In this document: positions 8,856 to 18,394 of the stretch, piece by piece
Numbering within the stretch: the stretch's first letter is position 1
Layout of the letters: every line of letters starts with the position of its first letter
Notes under the pieces: generated by a model
Databases searched by the model: none
What the model saw: only the letters and a program-made list of their open reading frames with translations
Told to the model about the DNA's origin: nothing
Origin: Thermoplasmatales archaeon
GTDB taxonomy: Archaea > Thermoplasmatota > Thermoplasmata > Thermoplasmatales > GCA-001856825
DNA: 64,000 bases
Assembly (NCBI GenBank): GCA_027345195.1
Contig: DAHWIJ010000033.1
Span: forward strand, 81,019 to 145,018
Direction of reading: 5' to 3'
Made by a program: the position numbers and the translations under genes

Positions 8856-9473
8856 ATGCGACCGACGCTCATTGCTTTTGACGTTGACGGCGTTCTCCTG
8901 GCACCGAAGAGCAGCTGGAACACCATACACAACTACTTCGGCGTCAAAAACGACGAGTCACTTCGTGCATTCCTCAATGGGGAAATAGATTATCAAGAGT
9001 TCATCGATAGGGACGTGAATCTCTGGATAGATAAGAGAGGGAAGATAACTAGAGAAGATTTTTCAGTAATAGCGGAAAAAATCACTCCTAACCCGAACTT
9101 TGAGCACCTCAGTTCATTTTTAAAGACCTTCGACGGTGAAAAGATAGCCGTATCTGGAGGAATAGATGTCATAGTCTCAAAGGTTAAGGAATACTTCGAG
9201 CTTGACGAGGTATATTCCAACCGTCTCGTGTTCAGGGATGGCGTTCTCGTAGGTGGGAAGGCCGTGGTAAACCCCCACCAGAAGGGCCTTTTCCTCGAAA
9301 AATACAAGGGACATAGGGTTTCAGTAGGCGATTCGGAGTGGGACAAGGATATGTTCAGGAATTCTGATTATTCCATCCTCTTCAACGCCGATTCAGATTT
9401 AGAATTTGTCGACTGCATCATCAGAGGGAATGATCTTAGAGATCTAGCCAATGTCCTCAAAGACCTGAAATGA
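8856..9473 (+). CDS. HAD-superfamily hydrolase (phosphoserine-phosphatase-like)
   Basis: LIAFDVDGVLL (DxDG nucleophile motif) and a late GDSEWD motif. The start is moved to the ATG at 8856 because the listed start (8796) lies inside the 5S rRNA gene. Confidence 0.7.
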   Translation: MRPTLIAFDVDGVLLAPKSSWNTIHNYFGVKNDESLRAFLNGEIDYQEFIDRDVNLWIDKRGKITREDFSVIAEKITPNPNFEHLSSFLKTFDGEKIAVSGGIDVIVSKVKEYFELDEVYSNRLVFRDGVLVGGKAVVNPHQKGLFLEKYKGHRVSVGDSEWDKDMFRNSDYSILFNADSDLEFVDCIIRGNDLRDLANVLKDLK

Positions 9474-10138
9474 GCGGCAGAGTTTCCACGGGACTCAAGA
9501 GGCTTGACCAGTGTCTTGAAGGAGGATATGAAAGCGGGATTGTGACCGAAATTTATGGAGAACCTGGCTCAGGCAAGACCAACCTGGTCCTCTTTTCCTC
9601 GCTCTATTCCTCTCGGATGGGGAAGGTCATATTCATAGATACAGAGGGCGTTTCCACCGAACGGATATCGCAGATGGAAAGGAGCGATTCAGTACTTTCA
9701 AACATCAAATTCTTCCGGATAAGGAGCTACGAAGAACAGCTTGAGTCTGTTCCTAAGATTCTCAACCTTGTCAGATCGATGAATGACGTCGTCCTTCTCG
9801 TATTCGACACAATAACAATCCACTACAGGGCTGAGAGGGAGATAAGGTCAGAACTGAGGAGAAAGACATCGAATACGCTCATAACGCAAATTGAAATGCT
9901 CAACAACATCGCAGCCTCCAAGGACATTCCAGTGATCATTGTGAACCAGGTGTATATGGACAAGACAACAGGAGAAGTCCAGCCTGTAGGAGGGAGTGCG
10001 CTCTCTCACGCGGCAAAGGCCATATTCAAGATTCAGAAACTTAGTGGCGGAAAGAGGGAACTCGTGGTTGTGAAACACAGAAGCCTTCCTGAAGACTTGA
10101 AATGTTCTTTCTCCATCACAGACACCGGAATTGAATAG
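9470..10138 (+). CDS. radB: DNA repair and recombination protein RadB
   Basis: RecA-fold core with Walker A GEPGSGKTN and LLVFDT (Walker B). At 222 aa with no N-terminal HhH domain it is the RadB type rather than RadA. Confidence 0.85.
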   Translation: MSGRVSTGLKRLDQCLEGGYESGIVTEIYGEPGSGKTNLVLFSSLYSSRMGKVIFIDTEGVSTERISQMERSDSVLSNIKFFRIRSYEEQLESVPKILNLVRSMNDVVLLVFDTITIHYRAEREIRSELRRKTSNTLITQIEMLNNIAASKDIPVIIVNQVYMDKTTGEVQPVGGSALSHAAKAIFKIQKLSGGKRELVVVKHRSLPEDLKCSFSITDTGIE

Positions 10139-10170
10139 GTTTTTTAGCTTGGTTTGATTATATAAATAGG

Positions 10171-11181
10171 ATGGGAGTCGACATTTCATCTTTGCTTGAG
10201 TCGAATGAGGTTGACCTTAAGGCCATAAAGGGAAGAATGGTCGCGGTGGACGCATTCAACGTCATTTATCAGTTCCTAAGCAACATCAGGGAATATGACG
10301 GAAGCCCTTTGAAGGACAAACAGGGTAGGGTAACATCTCATCTTTCCGGCCTTTTTTACAGGAATGTCAGCCTTCTTGAGGAAGGTCTTATCCCAGTATA
10401 CGTCTTTGACGGCAAACCGCCCGCACTAAAGGAGAAGACGATCAAGGAGAGAATAGCTCTGAAGGAGAAGGCGGAGGAGGAGTACCGACTCTCTCTTGCG
10501 ATGGGAGACTATGAGAAGGCAAAGAGCTTTGCCTCTAGGACTTCAAGATTGACCCAAGAAATGGTCACTGAATCTAAGGCACTTCTCAACTCGTTAGGTA
10601 TCGCAGTAATAGACGCCCCATCTGAAGGAGAAGCAGAGGCCTCCTATATGTGCAGCATAGGGCTCGTATACTCTGCAGTATCTCAGGATTACGATTCAAT
10701 CCTTTTTGGGTCACCGCGCCTGATTAGGAACCTGACTGTCACGGGAAAGAGGCGTTACGGAAGGACCGGCAGGGTGGTGGATGTCAAACCGGAAATGATA
10801 TCCAGCGATGACGTACTGAGAAAACTTGGGATCACGAGGGAACAGCTTGTAGATATCGGGATCCTAGTGGGAACTGACTTCAATGATGGTATAAAGGGGA
10901 TCGGCCCGAAGAAAGCATTCCAGCTCATAAAAAAATACGGGTCAATCAAAAATGTCCCTAACATAAATGTAGAAAACTATGATGAAATTCGAGATATATT
11001 TCTCAATCCGACTGTGTCAAATCCAGGGAAGATTACTGCTCCGGAACTAAACGAGGACAATGTCAGGGAGATCCTTGTGGTGAACCACGATTTCTCTGAA
11101 GAGAGGGTGACTTCCGCCCTGAGGAGGGCGAGGGAGGCACGGAAACAAGGGGTGCAGAGGAGCATTGACTCTTTCTTCTAA
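10171..11181 (+). CDS. fen: flap endonuclease 1 (FEN-1)
   Basis: MGVDISSLL, VAVDAFNVIYQFL, PVYVFDGKPPALK, SEGEAEASYM, SQDYDSILFG, GIGPKKA. Confidence 0.9.
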   Translation: MGVDISSLLESNEVDLKAIKGRMVAVDAFNVIYQFLSNIREYDGSPLKDKQGRVTSHLSGLFYRNVSLLEEGLIPVYVFDGKPPALKEKTIKERIALKEKAEEEYRLSLAMGDYEKAKSFASRTSRLTQEMVTESKALLNSLGIAVIDAPSEGEAEASYMCSIGLVYSAVSQDYDSILFGSPRLIRNLTVTGKRRYGRTGRVVDVKPEMISSDDVLRKLGITREQLVDIGILVGTDFNDGIKGIGPKKAFQLIKKYGSIKNVPNINVENYDEIRDIFLNPTVSNPGKITAPELNEDNVREILVVNHDFSEERVTSALRRAREARKQGVQRSIDSFF

Positions 11182-11764
11182 CATCTATCTTGCCATCGAG
11201 GGAATTGATGGGACTGGAAAGACATTTGTCGCAAGGCACATAGTCGAGAAATTCGGCTTCAAGCTCCTTCGAGAGCCCTCGCCCGGGAGGATAGGCTCGC
11301 TGATAAGCGAGACGAAATGGGACCCGGTCACTGACTTCTTTCTCTTCATGGCCGACAGGTCCGCGATGCTACGAGACCTTCAGAGGGACAGGAGAGTTGT
11401 TTCGGATCGGTCCCTCTATTCCAGCTACGCCTATCAGGGGTATCATCTCACTAAATATTTCGGAGGGGAGGACAACTACTTCAGATTCTTCATGGAAGCT
11501 GCAAGGCTTCTTCCGGCCCTTCCGACTCACATCTTCGTGCTGTACTGCGACGTCGACATCGCTCTTGGAAGAGTGCGAGAAAGGGGTGCTCCGTCAAGGT
11601 TCGAAGAGCGCGACTACCTTGAAAGCGTTCAGAAACTGTACTTTGGCCTCAAGGGAAGGGTAGGGAATGTCAAATACATTGACAGCAATGGGACTCTAGA
11701 CGAGCTGTACGGGGAAGTGGACAAGGAACTCACAGAGTTGTTACGACAGGTCCATCCTCCCTGA
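11165..11764 (+). CDS. tmk: thymidylate kinase
   Basis: P-loop IAIEGIDGTGKTF and SDRSLYSSYAYQG. TTG start overlaps fen by 17 nt. Confidence 0.8.
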   Translation: MTLSSNIYLAIEGIDGTGKTFVARHIVEKFGFKLLREPSPGRIGSLISETKWDPVTDFFLFMADRSAMLRDLQRDRRVVSDRSLYSSYAYQGYHLTKYFGGEDNYFRFFMEAARLLPALPTHIFVLYCDVDIALGRVRERGAPSRFEERDYLESVQKLYFGLKGRVGNVKYIDSNGTLDELYGEVDKELTELLRQVHPP

Positions 11765-12593
11765 GGAATATTGAATGCTCGGTTTGCGAGACCATCTCCC
11801 CCTTGTTCTCTTTAAGAACGGGGTAAAAATATAAGAATTTCTTCTTTTGCGCCTCCCTGATGACTGAATCATAATTGCTTAAGATTCTGGCCGCATCCCT
11901 CGTTGAGAATGGGAGTCCCCTTGAAACTTTGCGAAGATTCTTCATTGATTCATCAGAATCCTCCTTCAGGCATATCATAATGTTCCCGAATTCTAGACCT
12001 TTGACCTTCCCCTTTCCGGTGGTCGCGAAGGGCTCAATTGCAAATGTCATCCCCGGATATAGCTTGACTCTCGACCCGTCGTCGTAGTTAGGGAAGGATG
12101 TGCCGGCGTGAAGAACGTATTTCTCAATTGTGTGACCGGTCAGGTTATAAATGGGATTGAAGCCATATTTCTTTATAGTAGCCTCAATCTCTCTCCCGAT
12201 TTCAGACGTCAAAACTCCAACCTTCACTTTTCTGATCGCATTTTCGACTGCTTCCTCTGAGGCCCTTATCAGGTTTGACCACTTATTCGTAGTGACCTCC
12301 TTCGTAACGGCTGTATCGGCGAGGCAGCCGTTGATTTCTGCACCCAAGTCCAACTTCACCAGGTCACCCTGCTGGAATTTCGTGTCCGTGTCCGGGGCTG
12401 GAGTAAAATGAGCGGCTTCATTGTTGATGGAGAGGTTTACGGGGAATCCGATATTGGCTCCCTGACTTCTTATGAAATCTTCGAGGTAATCTGCAAGCTT
12501 CCTCAGTTCGAACCCCTCCTCGATCATCTTGTACCCTTCCTGCCTGGCCTTGGAAGCTATTTTCCCAGACTGAACATAATCATCGAATTCCAT
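11730..12593 (-). CDS. map: methionine aminopeptidase, type 2 (archaeal)
   Basis: Metal-ligand series AAHFTP, DLGAEINGCLADTAVT, GHTIEKYVLHAG, FAIEPF, EHSIF. Confidence 0.9.
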   Translation of the reverse strand: MEFDDYVQSGKIASKARQEGYKMIEEGFELRKLADYLEDFIRSQGANIGFPVNLSINNEAAHFTPAPDTDTKFQQGDLVKLDLGAEINGCLADTAVTKEVTTNKWSNLIRASEEAVENAIRKVKVGVLTSEIGREIEATIKKYGFNPIYNLTGHTIEKYVLHAGTSFPNYDDGSRVKLYPGMTFAIEPFATTGKGKVKGLEFGNIMICLKEDSDESMKNLRKVSRGLPFSTRDAARILSNYDSVIREAQKKKFLYFYPVLKENKGEMVSQTEHSIFLREDGPVVTTL

Positions 12594-13176
12594 TCTCCGC
12601 CTCCTTTATTGATTTGAGTGTAATAGGACCCTCCCTTAACATTTTCTTTGAGGTGTAATCGTATATTGTCGAAGGGATACCCTTCAGCTCACCGCCATTG
12701 ACATACAGCCTGATTCTCTCGCCGAACTGCTTCATTATTTCCCCGAGCTCTGAGGATGACCTGAATCCTCTTATATTAGCTCCAACCAGAGTAATCGGCC
12801 CCACTCTTCTTATGATTTCCCTCACTAGCAGGCTTGACGAGATTCTAGCCGCAATTCTACCGTTCACAACCCAGTGTGCCTCAGTCTTAGATTTGAGAAT
12901 GAGTGTCAATGGTCCTGGCATCAGTTTCCTAACGATATTCTTTGCACCCTCGTCCATGACGCAGAATTTCTCCATGTCCCTGATTCCGTAAAAACCTATT
13001 GGACTGGCGCTCTGCATCCTCACTCCCTTAAGTCTGTAGACCGCGTCAAATCCCGATTTACTGCTTATGGGGACCGCAAGGGCATATAGCGTCTCCGTGG
13101 GAATTACCACTGGCCCTTCCCTCATAGCGTCGACAATTTTCTGGATGTTGGCAATATCTGCCTTTATAACGGTCAT
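12580..13176 (-). CDS. Sua5/YrdC/YwlC-family protein (threonylcarbamoyl-AMP synthase domain only)
   Basis: PTETLYALAV, LKG.R....PIG and LMPGPLTLIL motifs. 198 aa, so no Sua5 C-terminal domain. Confidence 0.8.
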   Translation of the reverse strand: MTVIKADIANIQKIVDAMREGPVVIPTETLYALAVPISSKSGFDAVYRLKGVRMQSASPIGFYGIRDMEKFCVMDEGAKNIVRKLMPGPLTLILKSKTEAHWVVNGRIAARISSSLLVREIIRRVGPITLVGANIRGFRSSSELGEIMKQFGERIRLYVNGGELKGIPSTIYDYTSKKMLREGPITLKSIKEAENGIR

Positions 13177-13218
13177 TTGTTAACCATAACCTCTTTTGTT
13201 AAATAAAGTAAACACCTG

Positions 13219-13830
13219 TCAGATGTGGAAAAAGAGTATCGCGCCTGATAGTATGTATTGCACCGCAAAGCCGGCCACCAGGATACCGAAAACTCTGGTC
13301 AGAGCCCTTGCTCCCTTTTCTTTTATGATGTCATAGATGTAGAAGCTAGCTAGGAAGAGGATGAAAGTTATTACGGAAACTACCACAACTCCTAATATTA
13401 CTAGAACGGGGTTGTAGTCGTGCATAAGAAGAATGACCAAGGAGATTGCTCCCGGACCTGCCAGAAGAGGAGTGCCTAGAGGGACTATCCCAACATCCCT
13501 TCTGATGGGGGTATCAACGCTCTGGCCCTTCTTTCCAGAAGGCTTGTCCCCTTCAGTCACCATTTCCACGCTCGTAAGCAGTATCAGGATCCCACCTGCA
13601 ATCTCAAGTGCAGCGATGGATATTCCAAAATACATGAGGATATACTCCCCCACAAATGCAAAGAAAATCAGTATGAGAAAACTGGATATCGTTGCATCGT
13701 TTGCCATTCTCTTTCTATCCTTTGGAGTTTCCTCTTTGGCGTATGCTATGTACATAATCATAGCAGCGAACGGGTCAACGACAACGAATAATTCTATAGT
13801 TAAATGCACGAAATCTGAAAGATAAACCAT
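13219..13830 (-). CDS. MarC/UPF0056 family integral membrane protein
   Basis: Six TM helices, VVDPFAAM near the N-terminus and PLGTPLLAGPGAIS in the middle. The maximal ORF extends to 13920, but the Met at 13830 gives the usual family length of about 200 aa. Confidence 0.7.
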   Translation of the reverse strand: MVYLSDFVHLTIELFVVVDPFAAMIMYIAYAKEETPKDRKRMANDATISSFLILIFFAFVGEYILMYFGISIAALEIAGGILILLTSVEMVTEGDKPSGKKGQSVDTPIRRDVGIVPLGTPLLAGPGAISLVILLMHDYNPVLVILGVVVVSVITFILFLASFYIYDIIKEKGARALTRVFGILVAGFAVQYILSGAILFFHI

Positions 13831-14054
13831 CTTCGGGCTGTTATGACATCCTAGATATTTATCTTTATTCAGGCGGCAAGACGCTATGAGGTCTAGAAAT
13901 GTGACAAGGTCTATCTTCATATATGTCCACCAAAGGTTAAGAAAGAGGTGGGAGGATCGGAAAATTTGGCATAGGCTCTGTGTGAATAAGCGGCATGGTC
14001 TTCGAATGAACTATAACTAAGAAAGATTGATAAAATAGGATACTTTAGACCCTT

Positions 14055-15149
14055 GTGCTGACCCTCGTTCGATATTCAGAAATAGGCACCAAGGGGGACA
14101 ACAGGAACTACTTCGAGGAACTGCTGTCCAGGAACATAATGGCAAAACTGAATGAAAACTCCATAAGAGGAACAGTAAGGACAGAAGAGTCGAGACTCAT
14201 AGTCGAGACTGACGTGAGGGTCGACCACATACTTTCAAAGGTATTCGGAATCTCCTCTTTCTCCTTAGTGGAACGGGTGAATTCAAGTGTCGAGGAGATC
14301 GAAGACAGGATATCACGTGTGGTGGTTAAGGGAAGATTCAGGATAACGGTAAATAGGCGCGACAAGAATTTCCCTCTGACGTCACAGCAATTTTCAGCCA
14401 GACTGGGTGAAATAGTGCTTAATTTCAACCCAGAGGCAAAGGTTGATCTATTCAACTTCGAAAAAAACATAGGGGTTGACATAGGGTCTAAGTTTTCCTA
14501 CATATATGACGAAATAGTTCAGGGACCAGGTGGAATGCCTGTGAGGTCTCAGGGAAAGGGGGTGGCCCTGATATCTGCTGGAATAGATTCTCCGGTAGCT
14601 GCGTACATGATGCTAAAGAGAGGTATGGAACTGAACCTCATACACTACTTCCAGAGTTCCAGGACCCTGGAGAAGGTATTCAGGAACAAGGAGCTGCTTG
14701 AGCAGTACTCGCCTTATCCCATAGAAATAAAGATAATGGATCACAGAAAGATGATAGGCAAAACGGTTATGGAGCTCAGGAAGGCGAACGAACAGAGATG
14801 GACCTGCATATTCTGCAAGAGGGAGATGTACAGGGAAGGAGAAAAGTATGCGCGGGAGATAGGTGGAAAGGCCATTATAACGGGAGAAGACCTTGGTCAG
14901 GTGGCTAGCCAAACTCTTGACAATCTAAACACAATAGAGGAGAAAGTCAACATCCCGATATTCAGACCGCTGATCGGATTTGACAAGATCGAGATTGAAA
15001 AACTGTCAGAAAAAATTGGAGCTTTCGATATATTCCTTTCTGACACGTCCTCCTGTGACTGCTATTTTCTGCCTCCCAGACCTAGGACGAAGAGCACTCC
15101 TGAAGAGATGGACGCTGTAGAGCTAAAAATCCTCGGTAGATCTGGATGA
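14055..15149 (+). CDS. thiI: tRNA 4-thiouridine synthase ThiI-like (THUMP + PP-loop ATPase)
   Basis: N-terminal VRYSEIGTKGDNRNYFE and PP-loop SAGIDSPVAAY. GTG start. Confidence 0.85.
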   Translation: MLTLVRYSEIGTKGDNRNYFEELLSRNIMAKLNENSIRGTVRTEESRLIVETDVRVDHILSKVFGISSFSLVERVNSSVEEIEDRISRVVVKGRFRITVNRRDKNFPLTSQQFSARLGEIVLNFNPEAKVDLFNFEKNIGVDIGSKFSYIYDEIVQGPGGMPVRSQGKGVALISAGIDSPVAAYMMLKRGMELNLIHYFQSSRTLEKVFRNKELLEQYSPYPIEIKIMDHRKMIGKTVMELRKANEQRWTCIFCKREMYREGEKYAREIGGKAIITGEDLGQVASQTLDNLNTIEEKVNIPIFRPLIGFDKIEIEKLSEKIGAFDIFLSDTSSCDCYFLPPRPRTKSTPEEMDAVELKILGRSG

Positions 15150-16060
15150 TCTCATCTATCAGACTCTACTTTCTAGGTACCGGGGGGTCCTGGCCCACAC
15201 CGCAGAGAAACACGTTGAGCATAGGTATAAGGATAAATGACGAAGCCATTCTTTTCGACTGTGGGGAGAGCACACAGACTTCACTTATGAAGAGCTCATT
15301 ATCCCTAATGAAGATAAAGAGGATATTCATCACTCATTTCCATGGAGACCACTTTCTCGGGCTACCCGGACTTATTCAGACTATGAGCTTCTACGGGAGA
15401 ACTGACCAACTCGAGATATACGGCCCCATAGGAGCCTCCTCTGTCCTTGGAAACCTTCTATCACTTGGCTATTACTCACTGAACTTCGAAATCAGGATCG
15501 AGGAGCTCAGGGGCTCCGGTTCCGTCGACTTCGGGGAATATTCCGTCGCTTATGCTCAGGCGAACCACACGATTCCGGCGCTTAGTTTTTCCCTGGTAGA
15601 GAAGGATTATGCGAAGCTTGAGGAGTCGAAGATTAAAGAGCTCAAGGTACCGAGACGCCTGCTGGAGAAGATCAGAAGGGAGGGAAGCGCACTCGTTGAC
15701 GGAAGAACAATCAGAATAGAGGATATTTCCGGAGGGGTAAGAAAGGGAAGGAAAGTCTCTTACTCAGGGGATACCCGAAGGGATGCGAACCTTCTGGAGT
15801 TATTTCGGAACTCTACCGTCCTCATACATGAATCCACGGGAGAGAGGGGCAACGAGAGCAAAGTGATTTCGTACGGCCACTCAACCGGAATGGATGCAGC
15901 GCTGCAAGCCAGGAATTCAAACTCCAAGAAACTTGTTCTCGTCCATTTCAGTCCCAGGTACAACGACATCAATCCGATCTTGGAAGAGGCCAGGTCTGTT
16001 TTCAGTAACGTCGTTGCCGCAGAAGAGCTGATGGAGATGGAAGTAGGAATCAATGATTGA
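15146..16060 (+). CDS. rnz: ribonuclease Z (tRNA 3' endonuclease)
   Basis: Metallo-beta-lactamase HFHGDH, FLGTGGS N-terminus and HFS near the C-terminus. 4-nt overlap with thiI. Confidence 0.9.
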   Translation: MISSIRLYFLGTGGSWPTPQRNTLSIGIRINDEAILFDCGESTQTSLMKSSLSLMKIKRIFITHFHGDHFLGLPGLIQTMSFYGRTDQLEIYGPIGASSVLGNLLSLGYYSLNFEIRIEELRGSGSVDFGEYSVAYAQANHTIPALSFSLVEKDYAKLEESKIKELKVPRRLLEKIRREGSALVDGRTIRIEDISGGVRKGRKVSYSGDTRRDANLLELFRNSTVLIHESTGERGNESKVISYGHSTGMDAALQARNSNSKKLVLVHFSPRYNDINPILEEARSVFSNVVAAEELMEMEVGIND

Positions 16061-16952
16061 ACATCCAAACATTTACGAAGAGTTCGGCAACCTCGTAAAG
16101 CAAATTCCGAGTGGGAGCGTGTCCAGCTACGGAGATGTGGCTGTACAGCTTGGGGATGCAGCTGCATCAAGGGCAGTAGCTGAAATGGTTAATGAACTCA
16201 CTGATGCAGATGCCATTCCTGTTCACAGGGTGGTTCCTGCTGACGGAAGTTTGGGTGGACATAACAGCACCCAAGGAATAAGGAGAAAAACTAGAAAATT
16301 GATGCAGGAGGGGGTCAGAATCTCCCAAGGGAGGATTGAAAACTTTGAAAAAATAAGGTTTACAGAATTCAAGTCAAGGTTCCCTTTGCTTCAGTTCAGG
16401 GAAGCGGCAAAGAGGATAAGTCTTGCGGGAAAGATGGATTATGGTGATTCGATAAGGGCAATGGACATATCTTATTCGGGAAGGACGGGGATTGGAGTTG
16501 CAGTAGATTTTTATGATGATTCAAGGTTTGAGATTGTGGTCAAGAATGTCAAAGCACCTTACATTCCCAATTATCTCTATCTTCGGGAGGGGGAGATTTA
16601 TGAGTCCCTTGTGAGGAAGGGGATGCTTAACGTGATAGACGGGAACGGAATTATCCACAGGGACGGCAGAGGGGTAGCAACGCTGGTTGGTGCTTCGAGA
16701 CAAGTGGCCACTGTGGGAATAGCCAAGAGCCTACTGATCGGAGAGGAAAGAAATGGCTACATCTTTTATCGTGGAAGGAAGATTGGAAAGAAGTTAGATA
16801 AGTTCTTTGTTTCTAAGGGATTCGGAGTTGAAATTGAGGAATGCCTGAGACTTCTGATAAGGGAAGGTCATTTCCCTCAAACAAAATGGGCCGACAAACT
16901 CTCAAGGAGATATAGGGATGAAATACTGCTTGCTAAATATAGCGTTCGATAA
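16053..16952 (+). CDS. nfi: fusion protein: alkyltransferase-like (AGT C-terminal DNA-binding domain, Cys replaced by Val) + endonuclease V
   Basis: Residues about 1-95: SYGDVAVQLGDAAASRAVAEMV....IPVHRVVPADGSLGG (MGMT helix-turn-helix plus PxHRVV, with V where the acceptor Cys sits). Residues about 110-299: AMDISYSG, YIPNYLYLREGE, IDGNGIIHRDGRGVATLVG, GIAKSLL (EndoV motif series). Confidence 0.8.
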   Translation: MIEHPNIYEEFGNLVKQIPSGSVSSYGDVAVQLGDAAASRAVAEMVNELTDADAIPVHRVVPADGSLGGHNSTQGIRRKTRKLMQEGVRISQGRIENFEKIRFTEFKSRFPLLQFREAAKRISLAGKMDYGDSIRAMDISYSGRTGIGVAVDFYDDSRFEIVVKNVKAPYIPNYLYLREGEIYESLVRKGMLNVIDGNGIIHRDGRGVATLVGASRQVATVGIAKSLLIGEERNGYIFYRGRKIGKKLDKFFVSKGFGVEIEECLRLLIREGHFPQTKWADKLSRRYRDEILLAKYSVR

Positions 16953-17691
16953 CACTTTTCATGGATTCCAGTATCAACCCAAGTTAAGAACGGTGCAGGG
17001 AGAACTTCTCAAGGCCCTCTCTCCGATAGGCATTGAGAGGGTGTATGGGTCCTCCAGGACGGATTCGCATGTGAGGGCTTCGTCGTCCATCATAGAGGTG
17101 GAGTATGATGACCCTCTGAAGGTGTGTAAAATTGTGGATTCCCTGGAAGGAATCGCAGTACTGGGTTACTTCGAGACCGACAAATTTATCAATATAAGAA
17201 AGTCACTTTCGAAGGAATATATATACTTCTGTGACAAGTCCCTCGATCGCCAGAGTTTGATGGAAACGATAACAGAATTTCTTGGGGGGAAAATGGAATG
17301 CTTCTCTCGAGACCCTGCAAAGAAGGTGGTACTGACCGGAATCAGATTCTATGTAGGAAAATCATTCACGATCCTCCTCTTCGAGGGGCGTTCATTTTCC
17401 TGGAACTTTGTTCGGATATCCGCAGAAACTATAATCAAACGGGTGGAAGGGAAAATACCGGATGAAGAGTGGTCAGAGCTTCTTAGCTGCAAAAGGAGGG
17501 CAAGGTTTAAGGGGAGTGCAGAGAACCTCATATTGTTCAAAACCAAGGCACCTTTCGAATTCAGCCAATACAAATCCAGGAACATAAACAAGATTAGGTC
17601 CAGAATTTTCCAGGATTTCTACTGGTTAGTTGGTGTAAACGCAGAGGTCAAGGACATAGTTGAATCCGCAGGCTTCCTTGGCAAGGGATGA
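16918..17691 (+). CDS. truA: tRNA pseudouridine synthase A-like (TruA/Pus family)
   Basis: IAFDNTFHGFQYQP and GSSRTDSHVRA (catalytic Asp motif RTDxxVxA). Overlaps the preceding gene by 35 nt. Confidence 0.7.
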   Translation: MKYCLLNIAFDNTFHGFQYQPKLRTVQGELLKALSPIGIERVYGSSRTDSHVRASSSIIEVEYDDPLKVCKIVDSLEGIAVLGYFETDKFINIRKSLSKEYIYFCDKSLDRQSLMETITEFLGGKMECFSRDPAKKVVLTGIRFYVGKSFTILLFEGRSFSWNFVRISAETIIKRVEGKIPDEEWSELLSCKRRARFKGSAENLILFKTKAPFEFSQYKSRNINKIRSRIFQDFYWLVGVNAEVKDIVESAGFLGKG

Positions 17692-17693
17692 GG

Positions 17694-18308
17694 TTATTTG
17701 GAGAGCAGGGCCAGATCGTCCGCAATGTTTCTCAGCTTAAGACCCTTTGACTTCGCAAAGTCTGCCGCTGCATCGGTCCAGTCATAGTTATCTACCAAAA
17801 TCAACGGATCGTCGGCTAACTTAGGCCAGACGGTATTCAACTCGAAGGTCACGTTCTCGTACGAGTGATCAGAATCGTGGAAGAAAACGTCAAGCTTAGG
17901 AATTGATTGCAGAACTACTTTCAGCTTTGAAGATGATGTCCCCTTCACATATTCAAGATTCGACTTCAACTCCTTAGGGATTATGAACCCCACCTCCCTG
18001 TCACCCTTCCCGTAAGGCATTCCCGGATCTATGCTGATAAGCCTTCCCTCGCCATTCATTGCTGATAGGATGCTAGTGGTGGATACCCCCGGTCCCATCC
18101 CTGTCTCGATCACGACTTGGGGCTTCCTCTCCCTGATTACAGAAAATATGGCCCTGACCTCATCCTTCGATATCTGCCAGTACCTTCCGGTCTTCAGGAC
18201 GCTTCTTTCATAGTCAACCACCGCCTTGCTCTCCCTCAAGAATGCTCTGACTTCCGAAATTCTAACCCCCTTCTTCTCGAAATAATCCCAGAATTCCTTG
18301 TTCAGCAT
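17694..18308 (-). CDS. class I SAM-dependent methyltransferase (Methyltransf_24/CmcI-like)
   Basis: VIETGMGPGVSTTS (motif I), LISID, FHDSDHSYENV. The start is set at the Met preceded by GGGGAGGT (SD-like) and a ttatata box. The listed ORF extends 48 nt further, to 18356. Confidence 0.65.
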   Translation of the reverse strand: MLNKEFWDYFEKKGVRISEVRAFLRESKAVVDYERSVLKTGRYWQISKDEVRAIFSVIRERKPQVVIETGMGPGVSTTSILSAMNGEGRLISIDPGMPYGKGDREVGFIIPKELKSNLEYVKGTSSSKLKVVLQSIPKLDVFFHDSDHSYENVTFELNTVWPKLADDPLILVDNYDWTDAAADFAKSKGLKLRNIADDLALLSK

Positions 18309-18394
18309 AACCTCCCCTTGAAATGGTGATATATAACATTTGTATTGTTTCCGCATTTAGGGAAACTTTTAATAAATATCACACTTTAAACAGG
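18309..18394. promoter_or_regulatory. divergent promoter region with one TATA-like box per strand
   Basis: The minus-strand reading has tgttatatatcacc about 25 nt upstream of the methyltransferase ATG. The plus strand has ttttaataaatatc about 20-28 nt upstream of the ATG at 18395. Confidence 0.35.

Noticed and set aside
18323-18394. 24-codon N-terminal extension of the glycosyltransferase ORF.
   Set aside because: It would place the start upstream of the TATA-like box (18367-18380) and overlap the listed (18356) extent of the divergent methyltransferase ORF. The ATG at 18395 is preferred.
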